From Nitrospirota bacterium (lineage in GTDB: Bacteria; Nitrospirota; UBA9217), in NCBI GenBank assembly GCA_963741205.1, contig CAVUHW010000034.1, positions 145,710-209,709 on the forward strand: a stretch of DNA of 64,000 bases, in the 5' to 3' direction. A model generated the notes under the pieces. The model was not told where the DNA came from, did no database searches, and saw only the letters and a list, made by a program, of their open reading frames with translations. Positions 1 through 10,244 of the stretch are shown here, piece by piece. The position numbers and the translations under genes were made by a program. Numbering within the stretch: position 1 is the stretch's first letter; each line of letters begins with the position of its first letter.

Positions 1-357
1 TCATGATCGTGATCTCGATCATGGGAATCCTCATCGCGATCGCCGCGCCGAACCTCAAAGTGTCCATTATCAGGGCGCGCGAGGCCGTGCTCAGGGAAGA
101 CCTGTTCCAGATGCGCGAAGCCATCGACCAGTACTATGCTGACAACGGCAAATTCCCCCCGACGCTCAAGGACCTGATCAATGCCCAGGATCGGACGAGA
201 AGCTACCTGCGCGACATCCCCAAAGACCCCTTTACGGGCGCAGACGACTGGATCACAGTGGCGCCGGAAGGAACGGACGCGGAAGGCGGCGTCTTCGACG
301 TGCACAGCGCGAGCCCGCTTCTTGGCCGTGGACGGCACTGCGTACAATACCTGGTGA
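1..357 (+). CDS. Type II secretion pseudopilin (GspG/PulG-like), 5' truncated by the window edge, with a frameshift near the 3' end
   Basis: Pilin-type hydrophobic N-terminus (MIVISIMGILIAIAAP), AREAVLREDL..MREAIDQYYAD.GKFP, YLRDIPKDPFT. The typical C-terminus DGTAYNTW* lies in another frame and ends at 357. Confidence 0.8.
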
Positions 358-530
358 TTGTTCCCCACGCCCTACTTCGTCGCAAAAAACGAACGTTTCC
401 CGGGGATGACCATCAGCTCCGGTTTGTGAAGTATATTATTTATCATGGTAACCCGGCCACCCGGTTTTTTCTCCCCTGTTGCGTAAACTGACCAAAATTA
501 TAGATATCCTTCAGTGGCATAGTAATTGAA

Positions 531-1194
531 ATGTGCTTTGCTTATAAAAAGAAGGCAGGACGGCAGTCTGTCTGGATTACTAGCGAGCTATTCAGGTTCG
601 TTCCTACTGGAGGCTCAAAACAGCGGCAAGACAAAACTATATATGAGCACCGGCTGATGCTTGGCACAAAGTCGGTCGATCTGGGCGAACTTAAGTTCAA
701 AGCTCATGATGAGTACGAGGTTCCGGCGGCTATCACCATTTCCCGGGAGTCCGAGAAATGGTATGTCTCCTTCTCCTATGAGAAGCAAGGCGCGGTTTTA
801 AGCGAGCAGGAACTTCTCGAGCTTTACGGCGGCATGTCAACAGAGAGTCTTAATACCGTTACCTTGGGAATGGACCGAGGGGTTGATAATCCCGCTGGCA
901 ACGAGCGACGGATTTATGTATGACTTCTCCGGCATACAAAAGGAGCGTCTGGCAAAAAAGGATGCCGGAAGAAGAGATATCAGAGCAAATGGCAAGCGGA
1001 TCAGTGACCGCCCGCATAAGCAAGCTGCAGCGAAATCAGCCGGTGCCAGGCTTATGCTGCCAATGTGAGGCATGATTTCGCGCATAAGGCCAGCCGCAGC
1101 TCGCGGATTCACCCGCGGAGGTGTTCGTCTTCGAGGACCGCAAGGTCAAGAACATGACCAGAGTGCCAAAACCTAGGAAGTCAGCCGGCGGGAC
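531..1194 (+). pseudogene. tnpB: IS200/IS605-family TnpB remnant, 5' part (frameshifted, interrupted by IS110)
   Basis: WYVSFSYE, RuvC-I LGMDRGV, IPLATSDG, then HKAS and RuvC-II VFEDRKVKNMTRVPKP spread across several frames. Confidence 0.8.
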
Positions 1195-1336
1195 ATCCTA
1201 TAATGCCCCTGTCAAGTACAAGTTCAGCACACTGATCTTTCAACACGATGGCAAACGGCACTTAAGCAGGGCGTAGTTCGCCATATAACCCGCGATGGGC
1301 ATTCGTGCTTTTCTTCGACGATTCTCTCACTGAAGC

Positions 1337-1531
1337 GAACTTGCTCTCTCAGCGTTATATTATCCGGCGTGCCGTTGCCGCCAAGCATCCCTTATCCAGA
1401 TTCCAAGTTCTATGAGAGGCCCTGCATTGTCCCGCACGAGGTCATTTGCCTCAACGTATTGTCTCGGGCTCTCTACGTCGAAATATAATTTTCAGGGCTT
1501 CTTGCTCGGAAAACGCACGAGCAGGAAGCCC
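1337..1531 (-). ncRNA. Candidate IS110 bridge/seek RNA in the 3' non-coding end
   Basis: 5' hairpin at 1495-1531. A loop closed by the 1414-1422/1466-1473 stem carries target matches (1454-1459, 1429-1435). A loop closed by GAACTTG/CAAGTTC (1337-1343/1404-1410) carries donor matches (1386-1390, 1354-1360). Confidence 0.75.
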
Positions 1532-1555
1532 GTATTTGAGTCCTCTCGATCTAGC

Positions 1556-2846
1556 CTATGCCTTGCTATCCCCCTGGTTGAGGTATTTGGGGTCGTACGG
1601 CTCCTTCTTTTTCATCAGGGTCCAGGCAATGATCAGAAGCTTCGCTGCAAGTTTCACCCGCATCTTGGTGCCGATCCCTTTCTCCCGCTCCCGTCCCCGG
1701 ATCTTGTTCGTGTGGTAAATGATAAACTCTTTGTTGTTGAGCGAGCAGATGATCGCCGCCGGATATAGTGCATAGCGAAGATCGCCTTTCCCATGTTTGG
1801 AGATCACGGCGTGGCGCTCTGTGACGTCTTCCCGCTTCGGCTCGCGCATAGGTCGAAGCCGGCCATCTTCAAGACCTGTTTGCCGGCCGTAAAGCGCTTG
1901 GGGTCTCCAATGGCGGCGAGGACCTTGGCTGACACATCCGGACCAAACCCCGGGATCGTGAGAAGGAACGAGTACTCCGGAAACTTCAGGCAGATGTCCA
2001 CGATCTTGTCTTCAAGGTTCTTCATCGTCTCTCGGACGCGATGGAGAGCCGCCACCATGATCTGTGCCTCCACGGACACTGCTTCTCCGACGATACAGCC
2101 TATGGACTGCTTGGCAGCCCGCCATATCTGCGTAAGCCGACCTGCTGAGGCAAACTCACCTTGCCGGGCGAGACGGTCCGGCAGAATTCATCGTACTCCA
2201 TGACCGAGATCAGCGAAGGGTCCAGACAGCGGCTTACCACGTTCAGACTCGCCACTGACCCGAAGTGCTGGTCCATCTCCGGGAAGTACTGGGCCAAAAG
2301 CTGATTGCGGATGCGGACCCGAAGGCCGTGCTCCTCCTTCTTGAGCCGTTTCTTTAAGGACAACAGGCCCCGCAGGGACCGAAGATCCTCTCCCGGGCAG
2401 TCGTAGTACAGGCATTTCCCTTGGGCTATCAGGTCGGCGACATTGGCGGAATCCTTCGTGTCGTGCTTATCCCACCGGCCGTCCAGAAGCTCCCGGTTCT
2501 TTGACGTGGCCGCCGCAGATACCAGAACCACCAAGTGCCCCCCCTTGATAAGATACTCTCCCAAGGGCTTGTGGTAGTTGGCCGTGGGCTCCAAGCCGAA
2601 GACCACCTTCCGGTGGCCGTGCTGCACCTTGAGGGCGTCCGTCTGGATCAAAAGCTTCTGAAAGCCCTCATAGGTATTGTCAAAGAACATTCCTTTGTGC
2701 AGCGTCTTGCCGGCGGCCGTGCCGAAGAAAGCGTTGTGCCGTTCCTTGGCGATGTCCAGGCCGATAATCAAATACTCCGTTGAACCTCGAATCTCCTTTT
2801 GGAATCGACAAAACTGCTCGCGTCTGCTATCATTGAAATCATTCAC
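1556..2846 (-). CDS. IS110-family DEDD transposase/recombinase (two frameshifts; probable GTG start at 2846)
   Basis: IIGLDIAKERH, FGLEPTANYH, KHDTKDSANVADL, LLTIPGFGPDVSAKVLAAIGDPKRF, SRSGK, ISKHGKGDLRYALY, KLAAKLLIIAWTLMK in ORFs 2100..2864, 1804..2079 and 1556..1849. AGGAGG precedes the GTG. Confidence 0.92.
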
Positions 2847-2907
2847 AGAAACCTCCTGCCTCAAGAATTTAGTTCCCGCATGAACTTATTCTTAGCAGGA
2901 GGTTTCT
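2847..2907 (-). promoter_or_regulatory. Long hairpin covering the transposase ribosome-binding site
   Basis: Perfect 13-bp arms agaaacctcctgc (2847-2859) and gcaggaggtttct (2895-2907), with further inner pairing. Confidence 0.6.
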
Positions 2908-2984
2908 ATTTTGGATAGATTGAAAAAGAACTTCCTCTATGATTTACTGGGGAAGATCAACCTCATGCTCTATCCATATATAAC

Positions 2985-3040
2985 GTATATCCCGAACGGA
3001 TCAAAGGCCAAGGCCGGTCTCAACAAGTCCATAATTGAAG
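2985..3040 (+). pseudogene. tnpB: TnpB remnant, 3' part after the IS110 insertion
   Basis: YIPNGSKAKAGLNKSII matches the NG..AK.GLN..I motif that follows RuvC-II in TnpB. No zinc finger or RuvC-III is seen downstream. Confidence 0.75.
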
Positions 3041-3164
3041 TGATGCGGAATATCGCGTGGCGACGGATGCTATTAAACCTCTTCCTATCGAGAGTGTCTC
3101 ATTCCATTGACGGACTCCGCATATCGGAGAGGGGCGGAGATTATCCATTTCGGGAGGGAATCAT

Positions 3165-4793
3165 ATGATGTTCAGAAGGCATCTTGCCTGGGTTTTGGTT
3201 TTACTGGCTGTAGCAGCGTTGCAGGCGTGCGGAAATAACTCGAGTTCATCGGAAAGCGGGACAACTTCTCAGACAGGCGTCGTAGCAATAAAACTTACGG
3301 ACGCGCCGGGAGATTTCGATCATGTGTATATTACGGTGAAGGACATCTGGTTCCATACGAGCGACGCGGCCGATCCGCGTACGGGAGCCTGGCTCAAGTA
3401 TCCGCTCACGCAACCCGTCATCGTTGATCTCCTGGCTCTCTCGAGCGGGAACATGCAGTCCCTCTGGAACAACATCCAGCTCCCGGCAGGCACGTACCGG
3501 CAGATCAGACTGTTTTTGGAACCTACCAATCCGACCGCCGTCAACCCCGCCCCGACAGGCCACACGTATTTCAACGAGGTTGTCATCGGTTCAACGACCT
3601 CTCCCCTGTATATACCGGACGCCGACCACGGCATCATGCTGACCGGCGCGTTCGGCGTGACGGCCGGAGGCACGCTCAATCTTGCCATTGACCTCGACGC
3701 CGGCCACGACATCGTGGAATTCCACGAAGGAACGGACTTCGTCTTAAAACCGAGGCTCAACTACTTCGACCTTGACCATGTGGGCGCCATTATCGGCAAG
3801 CTCTCCACCGGCGGATCACTAACGGCCCCCCGTTTCGTGATCAAGGCCGAGCGTCTCTCCACGGAGAAGGAAATGGAAGACGCCGGCGCGGTGAGCCCTT
3901 TCCATGTGGTGAGACGCTGGACTGTTCCCAGGGCCGACGGTACGTTTATTCTCTATCCCGTATCGACGCTGGTCACCAGCACGTGGGATGTCGTGATCCG
4001 GGGCTTGAACACGGAGACCATGATCATTAAAGGGGTGCCGGTCACAAAAGGCACGACCACGGCGAACGGCACGGACCTCGCCGTCATCAGCACGACTCCG
4101 ACGAGTACCAATGACTACGCGGTCGACGGAACGATCCAGTCGCCCACGGGCGCATGGGTGCAGTTCTACCAAACCCTTCCGGGGGCCGGGGAGTACCCCT
4201 ATGAGATCCGGTTCCGCCATTTCAATCCGCTCACGGGAGGTTTCAGGAACTTCCCATTGAACAACGATCAGATCCAGGTGGCGAATTTCGTGAGCAGCGG
4301 GGCAACACTTACGTTCACGCCGGAGACCCCTGCCGGCGGCGCCGGCAATTATGGCGCCGTGGCCGACGCAATTCTGTTCAAACACAGCGACCCCATACCG
4401 GTCACTTCATCGACGACGACCGTCGCGTTCACAACGCCGCTTCAGGTGGTGTCTCCCTATAAGGGAAACAGCGTGACCGGCACGATCACCATGAACAATC
4501 CGTTAAGGATGAACAATAAGATGGACAGGGGCCGGCTCTTCGCGGTGCACGGCGGAATGATCGTCAATGCCGTCGATGTCAGCAGTCAGATGACGGGGAC
4601 GACCACCAATGCATACAGCATCGATCTGCCCGGCGGCGATGCGGCAACACCGCTTCCCGGCGCCTTCTACGGGATCGATGCGGTCGGTTGGTCCTCGACG
4701 AGCCCCCTGTTCAAGGCGATAGCGATTCCTCAGATCGTGGATGTCCGCACAGGGAACGATATTGCCACGGTGGATATGCTGCCGCTCTGGTAG
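3165..4793 (+). CDS. DUF4382-domain lipoprotein
   Basis: Lipobox LQAC, IKLTDAPGDFDHVYITV, VDLLAL..G, LPAGTYRQIRLFL. Intact 542-aa ORF with a GGAGG RBS. Confidence 0.8.
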   Translation: MMFRRHLAWVLVLLAVAALQACGNNSSSSESGTTSQTGVVAIKLTDAPGDFDHVYITVKDIWFHTSDAADPRTGAWLKYPLTQPVIVDLLALSSGNMQSLWNNIQLPAGTYRQIRLFLEPTNPTAVNPAPTGHTYFNEVVIGSTTSPLYIPDADHGIMLTGAFGVTAGGTLNLAIDLDAGHDIVEFHEGTDFVLKPRLNYFDLDHVGAIIGKLSTGGSLTAPRFVIKAERLSTEKEMEDAGAVSPFHVVRRWTVPRADGTFILYPVSTLVTSTWDVVIRGLNTETMIIKGVPVTKGTTTANGTDLAVISTTPTSTNDYAVDGTIQSPTGAWVQFYQTLPGAGEYPYEIRFRHFNPLTGGFRNFPLNNDQIQVANFVSSGATLTFTPETPAGGAGNYGAVADAILFKHSDPIPVTSSTTTVAFTTPLQVVSPYKGNSVTGTITMNNPLRMNNKMDRGRLFAVHGGMIVNAVDVSSQMTGTTTNAYSIDLPGGDAATPLPGAFYGIDAVGWSSTSPLFKAIAIPQIVDVRTGNDIATVDMLPLW

Positions 4794-4812
4794 ACGGAGC
4801 TCGTTCTCCTCG

Positions 4813-4844
4813 AAAAGGCCTTCCCGCTCCCGGAAGGCCTTTTT
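4813..4844 (+). terminator. Rho-independent terminator (probably bidirectional)
   Basis: aaaaggccttcc-cgctccc-ggaaggcctttt hairpin with a T tail. Confidence 0.8.
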
Positions 4845-4927
4845 CTTTACGCGCGGACGACGGCGTCTTCATTCCTCGCAGGAAAAAAAGCTTGCAACCT
4901 CCCGGCAAAATCAGTAATATTACAAAC

Positions 4928-5557
4928 GTGAAAAAAATCAGGGTTTTTTTTAAAAAATATTTTATCACCGGCCTGCTCGTCCTCCTGCCGATCTGGGCTA
5001 CGTACTATGTTCTGACCGCGCTTCTAGGCGTGATCGACGGCATCCTGGCAGACCTTCCCGCGCAGTTTTTCGGACACCGGATTCCCGGCATGGGCATCAT
5101 CACCCTGATCCTCTTCGTAGTGTTCGTCGGCATGCTCTCCGCCAACTATCTCGGAAGCCGGATCGTCAAGACGAGCGACGAGCTGTTGCAGAGGGTCCCG
5201 CTCGTGCGCGGCGTTTACTTCACCGTCAAGCAGGTCATGGAGACCTTCTCCATGAAGCACCAGTTTCACGGCGTGGCCCTGGTCGAGTATCCGCGGAAGG
5301 GCTGTTACAGCGTCGGTTTCATGACCGGCGAGATGCAGGGAAGCACTGTCGGCATGTCCGGCAAGTTCGTGACGGTCTTCGTTCCTACTACGCCGAATCC
5401 TACGGCGGGGTTCCTCCTCATTCTGCCCGAGGCGGAGGTGTCCAAGCTCGGTATATCGGTGGAAGAGGGGATGAAATTCATCATATCGCTGGGCCTGGTT
5501 CCCTTAAGCGAGTTCCAGGCGAACAAATTGAAACAAACGGCGCAGGAGGTGCGGTAA
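4928..5557 (+). CDS. DUF502 family membrane protein
   Basis: YFITGLLVLLPIWAT, RVPLVRGVY, VALVEYPRKG, VFVPTTPNPTAGFL. GTG start at 4928. Confidence 0.88.
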   Translation: MKKIRVFFKKYFITGLLVLLPIWATYYVLTALLGVIDGILADLPAQFFGHRIPGMGIITLILFVVFVGMLSANYLGSRIVKTSDELLQRVPLVRGVYFTVKQVMETFSMKHQFHGVALVEYPRKGCYSVGFMTGEMQGSTVGMSGKFVTVFVPTTPNPTAGFLLILPEAEVSKLGISVEEGMKFIISLGLVPLSEFQANKLKQTAQEVR

Positions 5558-6947
5558 GTGAGACCGACGGTCGTTATTCTCGCGGCCGGTCTCGGCACGC
5601 GGATGAAATCCGGGATTGCCAAGGCCCTCCATCCGCTCGCGGGAATGCCGCTCATCCGTCACGTCCTGAACACCGTGGCGGACCTCGACCCTGAGAAGAC
5701 CATCCTCGTTCTGGGGCACCAGGCTGACAAAGTGAGGAACGCGGTCGGCAATTACGGCGTCGAGATCGTGCTTCAGGCCGAACAGCTCGGTACGGGACAC
5801 GCTGTTCTGCAGGCGAGAGAGGCTTTCTCCGGCGCGTCCGGTCCGGTCATGATCCTGTGCGCCGATACGCCGCTTCTTACGGGCGAAACACTCAGGGCGG
5901 TCATGGAACTCCACCGGAAGTCCCGCGCCGCGGTTACGCTCATCACCGCCCGAGCTTGCGAACCCCTTCGGGTACGGGAGGGTCGTGCGCGCCGGGGCCG
6001 GGGTATCGCGCGTGGTGGAAGAGAAAGACGCGACCGCCGCGCAGAAGAAAATCAAAGAGGTGAACGCGGGGATTTACTGTTTTGACCCGAAGTTTCTGCT
6101 TGCATCCCTTGACCTGCTCGGCAAAGACAATGCGCAAGGCGAGTACTACCTGCCCGACATGATCGAACTCGCAAAAAAGAAAAAACGGACCGTGGCCGCG
6201 CTGGTGTGCGGCGATCCGGAAGAGGTCATGGGCGTGAATTCACGCAACGACCTCTCACGGGCCGAAGCGGTCATACGCCGGCGGACCAACGGGCGCTGGA
6301 TGGCCGAGGGTGTGACCATGTTTGACCCTGAAACCACCTTTGTGGGAACCGAGGTTTCGCTGGGTCGCGATGTTGTACTTTATCCCAACGTCCGGATCGA
6401 AGGAAAATCGAAGCTCGGCGACGCCTGCGTGATCTATCCCGGCTCGCGGATCATAGACAGCATAATCGCGGGCACCGTGACCGTGAAGGACTGCTCGGTC
6501 ATCGAGGAAAGCGACATTGCGGCCGGTGCGACGGTCGGGCCCTTCGCGCACCTGCGGCCGGGCTCGGTCATCGGCGAAAGGGCGAAGATCGGGAACTTTG
6601 TCGAGGTAAAGAAATCGGAGATCGGAGCGGGGAGCAAGGCCAACCACCTCTCCTATATCGGTGACGCAACGATCGGCAGGGACGTGAATATCGGCGCCGG
6701 TGTCATTACCTGCAATTACGACGGATACGAAAAGCACCGCACCGTGATCGAGGACGGCGTGTTCGTGGGCAGCGATGCGCAGCTCGTTGCACCCGTTACG
6801 ATCGGCAAGGGCGCGCTTGTCGCCGCGGGCGCCACGATCACCCGCAATGTCCCGGCGGATGCCCTTGCCATCAGCCGCGTGCCGCAGGTAATCCGCGAGG
6901 GGTTCGCGAGCCGCCGGAGAAGATTGAAGCAGAAAAGCAAAAAATAA
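5558..6947 (+). CDS. glmU: Bifunctional GlcNAc-1-P uridyltransferase/acetyltransferase (frameshift near 5960)
   Basis: VILAAGLGTRMKS, EQLGTGHAV, NAQGEYYL, GPFAHLRP, GNFVEVKK, HLSYIGDA, TCNYDG. Confidence 0.96.
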
Positions 6948-7070
6948 TTGGAACAATTGTACAAATTGCGAAAATTAGGCATCAATGTGCAGCGAACATT
7001 GAAGGAAGTTGGAATTGCCATTTCCAATTTGAAATAGTTGCAAATTTACAATTTCCAATTTGAAATGGAG
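6948..7070. repeat. Degenerate heptamer array with inverted halves (aaattg/caattt type)
   Basis: Repeated aattgt/aattgc units followed by caattt units between glmU and glmS. Confidence 0.55.
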
Positions 7071-7081
7071 CGTAGCGACTT

Positions 7082-8911
<1,830 letters not shown>

Positions 8912-8919
8912 CAATTTAC

Positions 8920-9218
8920 GTTCTTCAGGGAATAAAGAGATAGCAAAAGCCACGCTTTAACGAAAGAATGGTTGACGAAGCTTCCTTATCTCGATATGAA
9001 CAAAGAAATTCATCTTGCTGCGGCATCACTGTACCGCTCACAACGGGCAAAGGGAATAACAGTACATCCGCATACACCTCGATAGCAGCACTTGCGACCC
9101 TCAATAACATTCCGCTTTATACTAAAGACGATCACTTCCACATTATCGCAAAACATACTAAACTCGATCTCTATTCAAAAAACATCAATTAAATCGACAA
9201 GCATTTACAGGCATGATC
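8920..9218 (+). pseudogene. Diverged partial duplicate of the vapC 3' two-thirds and downstream bases (copy of about 9820-10118)
   Basis: Near-identical to 9820-10118, same C-terminus ...KDDHFHIIAKHTKLDLYSKNIN, with substitutions and indels. Confidence 0.88.
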
Positions 9219-9407
9219 AAAGACTTGAAGAAGTCCATAGCGCATTCCACCCTTGCTAGGGCGAAGGATCGGGAGTGAAAAGGGACTGTTGAATTTGTTC
9301 CGGAAAATGAGCCAAATTGATTGCCCTTCAGTATTTAGTGTTGTATTCTCTGTCGATTCTTCGTTGTAGTAGAACATTCCCTCGATATACTCTCGGACTG
9401 CTTCAAG

Positions 9408-9452
9408 TGATATCAAAATACTATTGAAATGATATCATCTTTATGATAAAGT
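9408..9452 (+). promoter_or_regulatory. vapBC promoter with twin TGATATCA palindromes (probable autorepression operators)
   Basis: TGATATCA at 9408-9415 and 9430-9437 flank TTGAAA (9424-9429); TAAAGT lies 17 bp downstream of it. Confidence 0.55.
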
Positions 9453-9494
9453 AATAATCTGGTTAATGGGCTATAGATGACAAGGAGGCTGATT

Positions 9495-9704
9495 ATGTCA
9501 CGTACAGTAATAGACATTCAAGATGATCTTCTGCGAAAAGCGCAGAAGATGACGGGTATTAGCAAGAAAGTGGATATCGTCAACTATGCTCTTAAGCGAC
9601 TTCTCGAACAAAAGGAGTTTGAACAGGTTCTGGAGTTGAGGGGGAAGGTGAAATGGGAAGGCAACCTTGATGAGATGAGAAAGGACCGTCGTGGTTCTCA
9701 TTGA
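9495..9704 (+). CDS. vapB: VapB family antitoxin
   Basis: MSRTVIDIQDDLLRKA....GISKKVDIVNYAL...LRGKVKWEGNLDEMR. AGGAGG RBS; overlaps vapC. Confidence 0.9.
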   Translation: MSRTVIDIQDDLLRKAQKMTGISKKVDIVNYALKRLLEQKEFEQVLELRGKVKWEGNLDEMRKDRRGSH

Positions 9705-10092
9705 CACTTCCATATGGATTGATTTTTTCCAGAATCCGGTATCACCGCAAGCCGCAGAGCTAGAAGACCTCATCAGGGAGCATAATCGGGCTGTTCTCTG
9801 CGGTATTATTCTCCAAGAGGTTCTCCAGGGAATAAGAGATAACAAAAGCCACGCTGTAACGAAAGAACGGTTGACGAAGCTTCCTTATCTCGATATGAGC
9901 AAAGAAATTCATCTTGCTGCGGCATCACTGTACCGCTCACTGCGGGCAAAGGGAATAACAGTACCATCCGCATACACCTCGATAGCAGCACTTGCGATTC
10001 TCAATAATATTCCGCTTTATACTAAAGACGATCATTTCCACATTATCGCAAAACATACTAAACTCGATCTTTATTCAAAAAACATCAATTAA
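9691..10092 (+). CDS. vapC: VapC PIN-domain ribonuclease toxin
   Basis: VLIDTSIWIDFF, ILQEVLQG, LRAKGITV, LYTKDDHF. Confidence 0.92.
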   Translation: MVLIDTSIWIDFFQNPVSPQAAELEDLIREHNRAVLCGIILQEVLQGIRDNKSHAVTKERLTKLPYLDMSKEIHLAAASLYRSLRAKGITVPSAYTSIAALAILNNIPLYTKDDHFHIIAKHTKLDLYSKNIN

Positions 10093-10244
10093 ATCGACTA
10101 ACACTTACAGGTATGATCTTTGAACAAAGTGTTGAAAAACGAGAGGCGGGATAGGAGTATATTCCTCTCGCAAAATCTGAGGGTCAGGTCCATACACATC
10201 GCCCACTTGACGATATTCGCACGGCTGTCGGTATGCAAGTGCAC

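Larger units (their letters stand above)
1195..2984 (-). mobile_element. IS110-family insertion sequence (about 1.79 kb) inserted in tnpB with a duplicated 2-bp core (AC on +, GT on -)
   Basis: Junctions ggcgggAC|atccta (1193-1194) and catatataAC|gtatatcccg (2983-2984). Removing the element restores the in-frame TnpB segment KSAGGT-YIPNGSKAKAGLNKSII. Confidence 0.88.

Noticed and set aside
531-3100. Active TnpB/omega-RNA system
   Set aside because: The gene lacks its N-terminus, zinc finger and RuvC-III, is frameshifted and interrupted, and no right-end omega RNA is recognisable.
6948-7081. glmS ribozyme
   Set aside because: The spacer is made of heptamer repeats and lacks the ribozyme core.
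8912-8960. Tn7-like element at attTn7
   Set aside because: No TGT...ACA ends, TnsB-site arrays or tns genes are visible.
9189-9416. Short - strand ORF (ISLEAVREYIE) resembling an IS200 TnpA C-terminus
   Set aside because: No HUH motif or other support, and it overlaps the vapBC promoter region.
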